From Octopus vulgaris (lineage: Eukaryota): DNA of 64,000 bases. The stretch covers positions 21,390,001-21,454,000 of the forward strand of contig OX597821.1 in NCBI GenBank assembly GCA_951406725.2. Direction: 5' to 3'. Position 1 is the stretch's first letter. Each line of letters opens with the position of its first letter. Made by a program: the position numbers and the translations under genes. Shown here one piece after another: positions 1 to 14,622 of this stretch. The notes beneath the pieces were generated by a model that had not been told where the DNA came from, ran no database searches, and saw nothing but the letters and a program-made list of their open reading frames with translations.

Positions 1-1230
1 TCAACTGTATTTTCATACTTTTGTTTTACTTTTTAGAATTTTATTTTACGAATTGCATGGTTTAAATATTATAGATTACTAGCCTACAAAAAGAAATTCT
101 TTGCAAATTGAATTGATTCAACACACACCTCTATCCCCGCGTGGATTAGTTCTAGCATTAAACTCTAAATCTTAAATTCTACCTTAAATTTCTAAACCCC
201 AAATGTTGCCGTTATGTATTTTTACAGAATAGTAATTCCAGATATTTAAAACATACAAAATCAAGAGAATCTTTTACAATAAGGATGTCCATTTTATGGT
301 TCATGAAAAACCATGAATTTCAAAACGAGTAATCCTTTGACCTATATCAAATGCTCACATTAGAATGAGAAGTATAACGAATTATCATTAATAGATTGGG
401 TTTGAGTACATAAACAACAAATTAAACATTCATTTTTTTAGAAATGCCCCAGAGAGAATTTTCCTTTTTTCAAATTATAGGAAGGAAATGATCAACCCAC
501 GAGAGGCGAAGGTGTAAAGCATTATAAATCTGAAACAAAAACCAGAAATAATCAAGCCCACTACTAAATACAACGGCCCCATAATGAGTGTCTAAAGAAG
601 TAAAACTGCGAAAACGCTTATCTCCCGGTGTCTTTATTCCAAACAGATGGTGTCATTATGTTTTTTGTGGGATATTTTGTAGAATTAATAAATTTCAATT
701 CAAGAAAATAATTCTTCAAATGCTTGTATCAAATATTCTTTACAAATACATGTGTATGTGTGTGTGTGCGGGCGCGCGTATGTGTACGCGTATGTTTGAT
801 CGTTGTGTGTGTGTGCATGTGTGTATCTGTGCGTGTATTTTATGTGTGCGAGCGCATGTGTGCATGCGTGCAAAGCCTATTGTAGTACAAATACGATTAA
901 TATGGTTTGTTATTACGATTAACAAACTGCTTCAACCTTACGGCAAAAGCTTGAGAATTTGAGAGGAAATGAAAGAATATATTAAGTTCTCAGATATTGA
1001 TATGACGCTGAACGACTTTCTTTTTTTTTTTTTCATGTAGCAAGTGTAAACAACATAAATTTTACATATATATATATATACACACGCACTCGCACACACG
1101 TAGCCACGTAACCGGATATATATGTGTATAGAAATGTGCGTATATCTATATAGATATATATGACTACATAATCACATATATCTTATATATGAACGTGAGA
1201 ATTAATATATAAAAATCTATACAGCAACTA

Positions 1231-1284
1231 CAGTAGTAGTAGTAGTAGTAGTTGTTGTTGTTGTTGTTGTTGTTGTAGTAGTAA

Positions 1285-1344
<60 letters not shown>

Positions 1345-1379
1345 CAGCAGCAGCAGCAGTAGTAGCACTAGCACTAGCA

Positions 1380-1467
<88 letters not shown>
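1231..1467. repeat. Compound trinucleotide microsatellite (TAG)n/(GTT)n/(CAG)n
   Basis: Direct reading of tandem triplets. Confidence 0.95.
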
Positions 1468-1820
1468 GGGAAGAATCTAGAGATTATTTTGAACAGCATG
1501 AAAATTAGAGACAAAAACGACCAACGCCAGCGACACCAGCACAGACGGCATGAAGAGGAAAAAAACAAATTGTAGAAGAAAAATTACCCGCAGTTTCCAG
1601 GAAAACGATGTCAGAAGGTCATCGATCATTCAGTCACGTGATGCACAAAACAAAAGATGTAACAACATCAACAAGAACGAGAATTCTAACAACAAAATTA
1701 AATAACAAAATAACTTCAATGCTTAAGTTATTTCAAAAAATATCTTCAGTTTAAGGTCGTACCTAGCATGGGATATGTATTAAAAGCAACATGCACTCAT
1801 ACACTCACACACACATACAA

Positions 1821-1857
<37 letters not shown>

Positions 1858-1914
1858 TATGTGTGTGTGTGAGTGAGTGAGTGTGCGTGTGTTTGTGTCT
1901 AGTTTCTATATATA

Positions 1915-2670
1915 CAGGGTGCGATGAATAAACTGTTGTCTAAATTACGCAAAAACAAAAATAACACTGATGTCTAATATTTACCCATATTACATTAAAA
2001 TATCTTGAAATACTAAAGAGTAAATTTAGTCAATAAAATTGCCATTGGCATAAACCGCGGCTTCCAGAAGACTTCGTAATCTCCTGCAACATCATCTGGA
2101 TGGTCTCCTTTTGAATACTGTGAATACTGACATAATCCTTACCTTCAGTTTATCTTTGGAGTAACAACACTCAACTGTCCCTCACATATAATAATCAAGT
2201 GGTTTACAGTCAAGGGAGTTAGGTGGCCAGATGTTAGGTGTGATGTGGTCACAGAAATTGCCTGACAACCATGACTGGGTTCTCCTGCTTGTGTCGCACA
2301 GTGCAGAGTCCTGTTGCCAGATATAGTGTCTTCCAGCAGCCACCCTCTTGATCCAGAGCAGTACTACTTCCTCCAGGCATTGGTTGTAGGCCTCTGTGTT
2401 GAGGACGAGGCCGTGTGGGAAGATGAATGGAGGCATAACTTTGCCATCACTAGTAATCACTCCAAACATCATGATGCTGACAGGATGTTTGATTTTTATC
2501 ACTCTCCGTACATATTTTTGGAAATACAGTAAGCCATCGGTTGTTCTGTGTTCACCATCTGTTCATATTGGAGCTTCTCGCGCGAATGCCAAGCAGTACA
2601 GCATGTCGTTTCCGAATTTCTGGCAGATTGAATTGCGTCATGGTGTTGTTTTTCTCAAAGACGGTGCCTG
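1915..2670 (-). mobile_element. Degenerate Tc1/mariner-superfamily transposon, DD37D (maT/Bmmar1-like) transposase relic
   Basis: ORF 2182..2502(-) has KHPVSIMMFGVITSDG...WQQDSA...WPPNSLDCKPLDY, with 37 residues between the second and third catalytic D. TA+CAGGGTG terminus at about 1913-1921. The other TIR was not found. Confidence 0.85.
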
Positions 2671-2862
2671 ATATTACTGTAATGTGTAATCAATAAAATC
2701 GCTCTCACATTTTATTTGTATCGAACAGTTTTTGTTGAAGTGCTGCATTAGGCGGACATTAACACACACACGACGGTTTTGTTCGACAAACACAAACGCA
2801 AAGACACACACACATACATACATACATACATACATACATACATACATACATACATACATACA

Positions 2863-2893
<31 letters not shown>

Positions 2894-3567
2894 GCATATA
2901 CACATGTACACACATACATACACACACATATGTACGAATACGATCTGCACAAATCATTTGATCATAGTGATCCAACGTAGGTGCTACACAGTAGGTCACC
3001 ACCTCCATCAAAATCCCTGCAATCTGAACAGGAGTATGGTGTGTCACAGGTCAGGTGTCAAAGTGATCACAGAGGAACGTGGGATTAAGTGGTTTTCCTC
3101 AAAACTGCAGCGCACCATCCGGTGTAAGGATCGAAACTACAACGACCTGGTCGGCCGGAAGCTCTAGAAGAAGCTACTTGCTGTACGTGCAACACAGTAC
3201 GACTGAAAATTGAACCTTGTGGTTGGGAAGCAAACCTCTTGTTACACAACTGCAGCTGCGCCCACAAATAAATAAATAAATAAATATGTGTTGTTCTTTG
3301 TTCGTTCACGTGGCATGCCTAGCTCACAAGGGGCCGGTTTCCCAACTGGACGGGACGCCGATCCGTCGCAGTAAATATATAGGTGTGTGTGTGTTCGTGC
3401 GCGCGCATGTCTGCTTTTGAGCACGTTTGTATGTATGTATGTATGTATGTATGTATGTATGTATGTATGTATGTATAAATGTATGTGTATATATATTTAT
3501 ATATATATGTTAGTAGCCCGCGCTACTAACACCAAGATTCCGAGTTGCATTCCAGGCAGTGACCTGA

Positions 3568-3605
3568 ATAATAATAACAATAATAATAATAATAATAATA
3601 ATAAT

Positions 3606-3700
<95 letters not shown>

Positions 3701-3708
3701 TAATAATA

Positions 3709-3740
<32 letters not shown>

Positions 3741-3741
3741 G

Positions 3742-3775
<34 letters not shown>

Positions 3776-3783
3776 TGATAATA

Positions 3784-3864
<81 letters not shown>

Positions 3865-3887
3865 GTAATAATAATAATAATAATGAT
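3568..3887. repeat. (AAT)n microsatellite
   Basis: Direct reading. It explains the poly-N and poly-I ORFs. Confidence 0.97.
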
Positions 3888-3970
3888 GAAGCCTGGAGGA
3901 TATATCAGACGAATTGTTGTGTTAACAACAAACAAGATGAGGACAAATATCCGTGAAATGTAAATAATGT
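3884..3970 (+). mobile_element. Probable Penelope-like terminal fragment with a decayed hammerhead motif
   Basis: TGATGAAG-cctg...cagac-GAATTGTT resembles CTGATGA-helix II-GAAAC-GTT and begins directly at the AAT tract. Confidence 0.4.
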
Positions 3971-3999
3971 AAATTAATAACAACATGTATATAATTAAA

Positions 4000-4366
4000 T
4001 TAAGGGAGCAAGGGCGAAACCGACCTGTCTTCAGTATGTTTGAAGTGCCGATACCTTCAAAAAACTAACAAAACCGCCAGATTAACATACATATGTCTGA
4101 AAACGGGCTAGTGAAAGAATATTAAAAGGACTTCACGTTAACACAATACATTATATTGTGTTGACGAAGGAAGAATGCTTATTTTTTTGCTTTGAGATAG
4201 AAATTGGAACCAAATCACAGTTAACGTGAGATCCTTCTAATATTCTTTCAGTAGCCTGCTTTCAGCCATATGTATATGTATCTGAAGTTTCTGTTATTTT
4301 TGTTTTTTAAGGTATCGGCACTTCAAGCATGCTCGAGATCGGCCATTTTCGCCATTGCTCCCTTAA
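4000..4366. mobile_element. Foldback/MITE-like element with about 143-bp imperfect inverted arms, bounded by TTAA
   Basis: Arm 4000-4142 is the reverse complement of 4220-4366 (e.g. ttgaagtgccgatacctt / aaggtatcggcacttcaa). Ends read TTAA-GGGAGC...GCTCCC-TTAA. Confidence 0.8.
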
Positions 4367-4715
4367 CATAATAATATACATATGTACATTATTATTAATT
4401 TAATGTATAAATTGCCTATAAATTGTTATAGCATGCTAATTACCTGATAAAAATCATTAACGTAATTTTTGTCCTTATATTATATTATGGATTAACGAAT
4501 AATATATACATATATATATATCCACATACCTATCCACACTTACACACACATCCCCCCCTCTATCATTCTATTGTCTTTGACAATACTACCCTTCTGTCTT
4601 TGAAAACATCTTTCTTCACCCTTTTCCTTCCGGTCTTTCAAAATGTGACCTCGTGTTTAACGTTGGCGATTTTTTTTCCTCTGTCTTCCCTTCTCTGGAT
4701 CTTTCCTTCTCCTAT

Positions 4716-4750
4716 GTTTCCGACGAAGAGCTCCGCTCGAAACGTTAAAC
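4716..4750 (+). ncRNA. Minimal type I hammerhead ribozyme motif (U4C variant) in a Penelope-like terminal repeat (about 4520-4850)
   Basis: GTTT-CCGACGA-A-GAG(ctccg)CTC-GAA-ACGT-T-AAAC: helix I GTTT/AAAC, helix II GAG/CTC, palindromic ACGT helix III. Confidence 0.65.
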
Positions 4751-4849
4751 CCTCCTTCTTTCCTTCTTTCCTGAGCGTTTAATAATACTATATTTGTTCA
4801 ACGTCCTCGCGTTGTTGTATTTTTTTGTGCTTTCTTGTTTGGATTAACT

Positions 4850-5123
<274 letters not shown>

Positions 5124-5134
5124 TGTATATATAC

Positions 5135-5165
<31 letters not shown>

Positions 5166-5316
5166 TGTATGTATGTATGTATGTATGTATTTGGGATAAG
5201 TTATCCTGGCGGATAGCGCATTGTTGGTATAGATGCTGGCTATCCACAACGGTCCATTAAATAGTACTCAAGCTTTCAAGAGATACTGGCATAGATAAAT
5301 ATCGGTCGATGGATAA

Positions 5317-5390
5317 TTCCTTGATAAAATTGCAACGACTAAAATGCATAATTGCATACCAAGCAATGTGCAGTAGAAACATATGTCGGT
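5317..5390 (+). ncRNA. Decayed hammerhead ribozyme motif
   Basis: cc-TTGATAA-aattgca...tgcagta-GAAA-CATATG-TC-gg. The 3' half is canonical, and the 5' box has two transitions from CTGATGA. Confidence 0.5.
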
Positions 5391-5406
5391 CAAAAATACA
5401 TATAAG

Positions 5407-5816
5407 CTCTTTTACTCTTTTACTCTTTTACTAGTTTCAGTCATTTGACTGTGGCCATGCTGGAGCACCGCCTTTAGTCGAGCAAATCGACCCCGGGACT
5501 TATTCTTTGTAAGCCCAGTACTTATTCTATCCGTCTCTTTTGCCGAACCGCTAAGTAACGGGGACGTAAACACACCAGCATCGGTTGTCAAGCAATGCTA
5601 GGGGGACAAACACAAATACACAAACATACATACCCACATATATACATATATACGACAGGCTTCTTTCAGTTTCCGTCTACCAAATCCACTCATAAGGCAT
5701 TGGTCGGCCCGGGGCTATAGCAGAAGACACTTGCCCAAGATGCCACGCAGTGGGACTGAACCGGGAACCATGTCGTTGGTTAGCAAGCTACTTACCACAC
5801 AGCCACTCCTGCGCCT
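5407..5816 (-). mobile_element. Full-length tRNA-derived SINE, family A (octopus OK/OR-type)
   Basis: Head with A box (tggctgtgtggtaag) and B box (ggttcagtccc), internal TA/TG tract and (gtaaaaga)n tail. Near-identical to 18340, 39043 and 48527. Confidence 0.92.
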
Positions 5817-6316
5817 GAAAACATTCTAAGCTGTAGAAAACATTTTAATAAAATAATTTTGTATGTGAATATATCTCCACTCTCCTTTCCGTTATCAATG
5901 TTGTGCGTGTGTGTGTTGGTGCGTGTAAATATTTTCAGAATTTGTGTTAAAACGTAGACTTCTGAAATATTTACCTTGGGAGGAACTCTCACATGGACTT
6001 GTAGTACATAAGAGTACTTGTAATTATATCGTTGACGAGGCGAGAATTGTCTGTTGTGGCCAGATCACGTGTTTCGCCCTTCGTATTTGTGTGTGTGTGC
6101 GTGTGTTTTGTGTATGTTAGTGGAAAATTATATGTGCTCCTATTTGCGATCACCAGTCGTAGTGGCATAGGTGTGGTAGGTATGATCGTTCTGTACACAC
6201 AAACACACACAAAGGCACACACATATATACCTATGGCTAGCTCAATAGGTAGACGCTATCTCACTAGGTAGACAAACAGAAATACAGAGACAGATGACAG
6301 AGAGACAGATTGATAA

Positions 6317-6346
6317 ACAGATAGATAGACAGATAGATAGATAGAC

Positions 6347-6430
<84 letters not shown>
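6317..6430. repeat. (GATA)n microsatellite
   Basis: Direct reading. Confidence 0.97.
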
Positions 6431-6836
6431 TCCTAAGTATCTGTGTGTGTGTGTGTTTGTGTGAGGAAATATATATATCTATACGTTATATATGTATATA
6501 TGCATACAACCAAACACAGCATATCCATTTATATAAATTGACATATATGTATGTAATATATATATATACATACATATATACACATGCAATTGCTTGTATG
6601 TAGAAATGTAAATATATGCACAGTACAGAGACCGAGAGAGAGGAAGAGAAAGAGAAAGAGAGGAAACATGTACATAGACATAAATATAACGAAAATTAGC
6701 TCTAATAGAATAAAAGTAGAAAACTTAGAAGAGAAAAAAAACACAAAATTTGCAAAACCTAAAACATCAGGTAAATGTAATTAATAAGTAAACCAACATG
6801 TAAATAAATAAATAAATAAATAAATAAAAAAAGAAA

Positions 6837-6902
<66 letters not shown>

Positions 6903-7333
6903 GAGAAAGAAAGTGAAACAAAAACGTAGAACTGAAAGTCGAGAGCAAAAGTAGTTTGAAGTTCTTTAAATAGCTCAATATAAAAGGTGAAGAAAAAATA
7001 ACTCGAAACGCTAATGCCATCTCATGGCTCCTTCACAAAGTTTATGTTGTTTGTCTGGCGAAATGTATGTTTATCTGCGTGTGAAAGTAGGTGTGGCAAA
7101 GTGAGTGTGTTTGTGTTTGTGTGTGCTTATGTGTTTTGTTTTGGCGCGTGCGAAAGAGAAAGAGTGCTTGTGTGTGTGCGAGTACGATCGCTTACACAAA
7201 CATATACATGTGTACATACACACACACACACACACACGCACACATATATATATATATATCTTTATTCATATATATATATATATCTTTATTCATACATATA
7301 TATATTTATATATATATATATGAATATGTATTT

Positions 7334-7366
<33 letters not shown>

Positions 7367-7387
7367 TATATACATATATATATATAA

Positions 7388-7525
<138 letters not shown>

Positions 7526-8211
7526 ACCATTACAGTATGATTCAAATTCGTTGGTACTCCGAGAGTTTGAAACGTGTTGCTAATCTTCAGCCGTTCGAAA
7601 TTCAAAACGGATGAACTTTAGCATCACGCGGGAAACTGTCGGAGTAACAACGAATTTATCCATACACATGTAACTCCCGATAAATGTGATGCTCTTCTTC
7701 GTATGTTCAATCGCACGTGAATATGTATATATACATACACACTATATATATCTCTGTCTCTCTTTCTCTCTCTCTCCTGCAACCTGCTGCTTCTTAACCA
7801 TTCTGTTGGCGATCGTATCTCGACCAACATGTGTCCCCTCTACCGAAAAGGTAATTATTTCTACGCCAGCTGCTATGTTGTTGTTGTTTTTGTCTCATTT
7901 GGTCTAAAGTCGTAAGACAACCACCGTTATATTTTGTTTATCCATTACTGTTTTCAATTTCGTTTTCGTCTCTTGTATTTACATCCGTCTCTTGCGTTTA
8001 CATTGTTGTCTTCTACCAATAAATCTAATGCTTACAGCTTAGTTTTTTCCTTGGGGCTGGCCGAGTTGGAGCAAATATCAGAATTGAACAGCCGAAATTT
8101 GCTATGATGATTCGGTGTCTGACTGAAGATTGAAGGCTTCGAATGATTTGTCTGTGTTCCGTGTTCGTCCCTTCCTGTATTTCACGTTCTTTATATATAA
8201 AAACATTTATT

Positions 8212-8274
<63 letters not shown>

Positions 8275-8301
8275 ATATAGGTAGATAGCTAGCTAGCTAG
8301 C

Positions 8302-8371
<70 letters not shown>

Positions 8372-8497
8372 TATGTACATATCTATGTGTGTGTTTTTAT
8401 TAATGTTTCTTCTTCACACACCGAGGTTTGACAACCAGTGTTTTAGCCATCTCTGCTTCACAACCTGCTACTGTTATATGTGTATGATCTAACACAG

Positions 8498-8880
8498 TGG
8501 AGGCACAATGGCCCAGTGGTTAGGGCAGCGGACTCGCGGTCGTAGGATCGCGGTTTCGATTCCCAGACCGGGCGTTGTGAGTGTTTATTGAACGGAAACA
8601 CCTAAAGCTCCACGAGGCTCCGGCAGGGGATGGTGGTGATCCCTGCTGTACTCTTTCACCACAACTTTCTCTCACTCTTACTTCCTGTTTCTGTTGTACC
8701 TGTATTTCAAAGGGCCGGCCTTGTCACTCTCTGTGTCACGCTGAATATCCCCGAGAACTCCGTTAAGGGTACACGTGTCTGTGGAGTGCTCAGTCACTTA
8801 CACGTTAATTTCACGAGCAGACTGTTCCGTTGATCGGATCAACCGGAACCCTCGTCGTCGTAACCGGCGGAGTGCTTCCA
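8498..8880 (+). mobile_element. Full-length tRNA(Arg)-like SINE, family B
   Basis: Head ggcccagtggttagggcagcggacTCGcggtc...ggtttcgattccc. Matches 25551(+) and 20490(-). Confidence 0.9.
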
Positions 8881-8982
8881 ATCTAACACATTACCTTCAT
8901 AAGAAATATTATCTCCGGCCGAATCCCGCAATTAATTTCGCTTTTCATGATGCATTTACATTATGTATGATACACAGATGGC

Positions 8983-9069
<87 letters not shown>

Positions 9070-9195
9070 CATTATTATTATTATTATATGTTTGACTTCT
9101 GCTTTACATTTGTACAAGTTGGCTGCAAGTCTCACCCATCATTATTATTATTATTTTTATTATTATCATTATTATCCTTATTATTATTATTATTT
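8983..9195. repeat. (ATT)n tract, equal to the (TAA)n tail/target of the adjacent minus-strand LINE
   Basis: Direct reading. Abuts the LINE 3' end. Confidence 0.9.
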
Positions 9196-9199
9196 TTTT

Positions 9200-11612
9200 T
9201 TTTATCACAGATTTTGTTGGAACTCCCGTTGTCTTGTATGAGTAGTGGGTTTGCTACGTGCAGCCTACAGTACCATGCTATCCATTCTTAAAGTTATCTA
9301 GTACTTAGTAGGTTAATCAGGCCAAGCCAAGGAAGCAAAACTTTTGTAACATTTCCACTGAGTGCCCTCTTCCCCTAATGACCCAACAATAATTGGCACT
9401 ATTTTCACCTCCATTTTCCATAGCCGGGCTATTTTGTACTTGAGAGTGTTGTATTTATCTATTTTTTGCCTTCCTACTTGACTATTCGTTGGTCAAAGAG
9501 GCATGCAACATCAACTACATAGCATATGTGGTGCATCTTCTCGAGCACTGCCAGGTCTGGTCTGTTATGCTCTAGCATCTGTTTGGATCGGGAAATACCA
9601 GAGGATTTTGCTATTCTCCGACTGCGCCACTCTCTGCGATTTATGCTCATACCACATCTTACCTCTCTCTAGCCCCTCTTTTCTCACAGCTTCCAAATTA
9701 GCACTTTCGCTACCTGGTCGTATCTCCACAATTTGTAGCGTTTTGAGGTAAGTCTAGGGCATTCATCCGTGTTATGGTTAAAGGTTTCATCCGCTCTATT
9801 GAAGATGAGGCACAGCGGAGACACTTGCTCAGTCTTCAGGTGGGCCCTCCAGTCCGTGGCCAAAGCTTGGTCTTGCACTGCCAATATATCGCACTAGGAC
9901 TCTATTTCTATTTTAGTGTTACGTTCTTCAGCTTTTCCCACCTATTTTTCCACAACTTCTTTTGTGGCTACATGGAACTTATTGTTTAGTTTCTTCTTGC
10001 GTAATTCTTTTTCCTGTTTTTTTTTTACTTCCTCAGTTGTTTTCCCCTTTTCTCTGCGTTCAGCATTCCATCGTTCCTTATTTTGCGCTAGGTATCTCAT
10101 CAAGCTCTCCAGTTCGATACGTACACAGTCTTCCACACTCATCAGTCCTCTTCGTCCATTTGTTCTCTTCATGTATAGACGATCAGTGTCTGCCCATGGA
10201 TGATGGGCTCCATGCATCTTTAGGAACTTTCTTGACTTCTTGTCCTTTTGCTCTTCCTATGTCGACTTTAGGATCCCAGCGCCGTACCGAACTACTGCGA
10301 CTGCGCGAGAGTTTATTGTTGAATTTATATTTCTGGCATTCAACTTTGAAGACAATATTTCACTCACTCGCCGCAGGTACTCCCTTTTGGTCTTTTTTTC
10401 ATGTCATTGTATTTAATTCCATCAGCTTCAAGTATTCCCATGTATTTATAGCTGGTTTGTAATGAATTGCCGTCATCATTTCACCATTTGGCAAATATAT
10501 GCATTCTGTCCTGACATGCTTTCCTCGTCTCATCACCATCGTAACCCATTTTGAGAGTCCAACCTCCATTTAAATATTGAAGAAATTCCACACAAGCTGA
10601 ACTAGGCTATCCAGTTTTGCCGCGATTTTAGCGAATAACGTCTAGTCGTCCATGAATAGCAAGTGGTTCAGTTTTCCATTATCTCTTCCCAGATCACACC
10701 CCAACATTGTTTTTTCTAGTATTTCACTCAAGGGGATCATTCCCAAGCCGAATATCAATGGGGATACACAGTCCCCGGGAAGATTCCTCTTTTGATTTTC
10801 ACCTCTCCTAAAACTTGAATCCCTGATGTCAATCCCATTCTACAACATTTCATACTGTTCCATATAAGACTTCTCATGTTTTCTGCTACTCCATACATTT
10901 CCATTGTTCTTATTATCCAGGAATTTGGTATCATATCATATGTTTTACTATAGTCAATCCATGCCATGCTCAGGTTTGTGTGTCTTCTCTTGCAGTTCCT
11001 GATAATTAGATTATCAATCAAGAGCTGATCCTTCGTTCTCCGGCTCCTCTTTCGGCACCTTTCAGTTCAATAGTTAGTAGCCCACATTTTCTTTAATACC
11101 TGTAGAGTTCACCGGTCAAAACCTGGTATTAGTTTCCACATTAGCGAAAGGTACGTTATTGGTCGAAAATTGAAGGTAGCATTTCCGTTTTCAGACACAT
11201 AACAATGCCTTTCCATTTGTCATCCACCTGGATGCTGTACCTTCCTGCAAGCACTCAGCTAACTGTTACGCTGACCTTTCATGGAGCTCTCTCAGCTTCT
11301 TTATCCAGTAACCTTGGACTCCATCCGGTCCTGGTCTCTTCCAATTTGGTAATTAACTGTTCTGTTATCATTTCTGTACTTATTTTTATTAGCATTTTGT
11401 ATTCCTAAGCTTATCTTGGATTCCATGCAACCACTCCGCTTCATCATAATGCTCTACAGGTTGGTCCCAGATCACTCTCCAGAATGGTCTGCTTACCTTT
11501 GCATCTGGTTTCATTGTCACATATAACTGCCCATCTATTTCCTGAAACAATTTTTTTTCTCTGATTTGATTCAAACAATCTGTTTTGCCTGAATTGTTTT
11601 GTTCTATTGTCA
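9200..11612 (-). mobile_element. 5'-truncated, decayed R4/Dong-clade non-LTR retrotransposon (RT, zinc knuckle, restriction-like endonuclease)
   Basis: Fragments [30 protein letters not shown] (about 10645-10668), HPWADTDRLYMKRTNGRRGL, AVQDQAL...C...ETFNH...C, RPDL and DVAC. Many stops and frameshifts. Ends in (TAA)n. Confidence 0.9.
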
Positions 11613-12846
11613 TGGCGAATGAGGAAATTTCAAGCTATGTCATTAAAGCCAGTAGTACGATATATAATGAAATGTGAAGAGAAAATTCCAAAATTGTTTT
11701 ATACTGTCATAAAATATATAGTAAACTGGTATGTTTCGACTTTTGGAAGTTTACTCATGTCTCCATTCTAGGAGCTACAAATGGTTTATAGCACGCCGTT
11801 AGATAAAAGTCATCGCTCCCAAGATAGATAATATGTCAACCGAATTTGCGCGGCATTTTGAAGGTGTTTATTTCGTTTCCAGTCCTATATCATGTACCCT
11901 ATCGAAATATCCACAAGGCAATCAATGTATTCTCAATGAATGTATTCTATTGAGTATCCACCAACTTACGGAAGCTTGTGTATGTATGTGAGAGAGAGAG
12001 AGAGAGAAAAAAAGAAAGAAAGGGAAATAGAGAGAGAAAAAACATAGGGTGGGAGAAAGAAAGAGTGCGTGTGTTTGTGTGACACAGTGTGATGACGTGT
12101 GTCTTTCAGCGTGAATGAGTGTACTACATATAGTTTTTATAGTTTTAATCAAGATTTAAGGCAGAGTCCATGTTACCGCCACATGGCCTCCAACACAAAA
12201 ATGAAGTAAGATGCAAGAAGCTATTCTCAAAACAGAATCATAACCTGAATGCTTGCAACAGAGAGAATTCTGTTAGGAGTATCCAAAGTGCCATATTGTT
12301 GTCAAAGAGAATGAAACCTGGCGTCTACAACTCATGCAGCCAATGACTGCATTTGAAACCAAAACAAAACGAATGACACAAGATACCCGGTCTGACATTC
12401 ATACAGTTAGTTCTTAATCCATTTTCTAAAAAAATCCGAAAGGTTTTAAAGCAACGTAAGCCACAAGATTTGAAAACAGATCGTACAGAGCTCGAACAAA
12501 ACCGCGAGGCATTCTGTGCAACTCTTCCAATTCGTTGCTTGTATGGCTGCATTTATACGCGTATGTAGCCATATCATCTTATGAATGAGTGTGAGTGTAT
12601 ATACATACATACATACATACATACATACATACATACATACATACATACATACATACATACATACATACACACATATACATACATACATACACATACATAC
12701 ATACACACACACATACATACATACATACATACATACATACATACATACATGCATGTATACATACGTACATACATACATATATACATATATACTTTCCTAA
12801 CAGTAAGGTCTGATAGACGCATAATGTAATTGCATGACTTAGATGC

Positions 12847-12961
12847 AAGTCTGAGGAAGTGCTTTTCCAATGCCTAAAACCTAAATTATTACGTTTTTTC
12901 TCAGAAAGTTTTGCCTAAATTGGCGTTGCAAATGGAGATGATACGGAAACATGTGTAACTT
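12847..12961 (+). ncRNA. Type I hammerhead ribozyme motif, intact core, long helix II
   Basis: AAGT-CTGAGGA-[88 nt with gtg/tac, ttcca/tggag and aatgcc/ggcgtt pairings]-GAAA-CATGTG-TA-ACTT. Predicted cleavage after A12957. The first helix II pair is an A-G mismatch. Confidence 0.65.
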
Positions 12962-13043
12962 ATAATTTAAGATGTTTAAATAATTTTCTTTATCTTCTTT
13001 TCATTGGATTATATATTTATAAGTAAACAATATACATGCACTC

Positions 13044-13084
<41 letters not shown>

Positions 13085-13658
13085 TGTATGTGTATGTATG
13101 TATATATATATATATATATATATTCACAAATGTATACATACGAGTATGTGTGTACATATATGTGTGTGTATACACACAAATATTTGCGCACTTAAGAAGT
13201 TTAAGAGGAATAACTACGATTACTTAAATTCACCTTCTCTTTCTCTCTCTCTCTCTCTGTCTCTCTGTCTCCCTTTCTCTTTTTTCCAAAACTTGAATGT
13301 CCGGTATCTATTGAAATTCTAATACGTTAGGCCTATTATCTTTCATTACAGATATGCTGTTGCACATCATATCAAATACATACGACATGATTCGTCGCTT
13401 TAGAAACATGCACTTATCGCATGCGAAACCCCGGCATTGATTGCACACATCGTCACAAGCGACATCTGGAGGTCCTTAAATATAATGCATTGCTTTCTTT
13501 ATCTTTTGTCTTCGTCTATCTCGACATATAATTTTACGATTAGGTATGGTTTATCAATCCATGCCACACAAAGAAACATCCCTCCACGTGTACGTACAAG
13601 GATAGACTCACAAACACACGCGCACTGGCATACTTAAAAATATACTTATACACATGCA

Positions 13659-13730
<72 letters not shown>

Positions 13731-14459
13731 TATATATATATATATGTATATGAACACAGATGTACACAAGCAAACATACATATATATATATACACACTAG
13801 ATTCACTTCAGTACCGCTGTAAACCTATTTTCTATAGAATGCTACTGCTAGCGCTGATCATCTCATAATCTACAACATATCTATAAATCTACCGTTGGGA
13901 GATCAATTTAATCGTATTTGTTGCCAAGGTTACCTATTGACGTAAAGAGCCTACTTGAAACAAACATATAATTCTCGTGGGTTCCAATGAATATCTGATA
14001 TTGCATTATATCGGAGAGCTGACTCTCAATAAATGCAAACATTTCTAGAATCTAGCCGGCTTTACACACACACACGTGTGTGTGTCTGTTTGTGCGCGTA
14101 GTTATGGATGTACATATCTATCTATGCCACTCCCCTTCTATCTCTACACACAATCTATCTATCTATATGTTTATTTATGTATCTATCCATATATCTATGC
14201 ATCTACCAATATACACTCGCGCGCACACACGCACGCGTACACGCACACGCAAACAGACACACAGACACACACACACACACATACACACATCAGGGTCTTT
14301 AACGGTTGTCTGTTGGATTCAGTCGAAGCAATGTCGGATATCATAAGACTTGAGCAAAATTTTTTGAAAAATCAAGGAAAACACTTGCCCGTAGCGCCGC
14401 ATGAAACTTCATATGAGTGGCACTAAATATGTCTATACAAGAGAAACACTGCATTAATA

Positions 14460-14622
14460 TTCTTTTCTACTCTAGACACGAGTCCCGAAATTGTGGGGGA
14501 AGCGGACAGTCGATTAGGAAATGCAAAAATCTACCTCAGCGGAATTTGAACTCAGAACGTAAAGACAGATGAAATACCACTAAGCATGCTAAGCGTGCTA
14601 ACCTTTCTGTATGAACTCACCG
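14460..14622 (-). mobile_element. SINE family C fragment
   Basis: Reverse complement of ggcagaaacgttagcacg...gttctgagttcaaattccg. Confidence 0.75.

Noticed and set aside
8498-8575. tRNA-Arg genes at SINE heads
   Set aside because: The acceptor stem does not pair and the sequence continues into a multi-copy SINE body.
9740-9756. Other AG|GTAA sites as ratchet points (9747, 21480, 49020)
   Set aside because: The polypyrimidine tract or donor is weak or absent, and the first lies inside an antisense LINE.
11725-11772. Further hammerhead candidates (11725-, 26115+, 32601+, 33266+, 34541-, 36182+)
   Set aside because: Only one core box or one helix is supported in each, which is indistinguishable from chance by eye.
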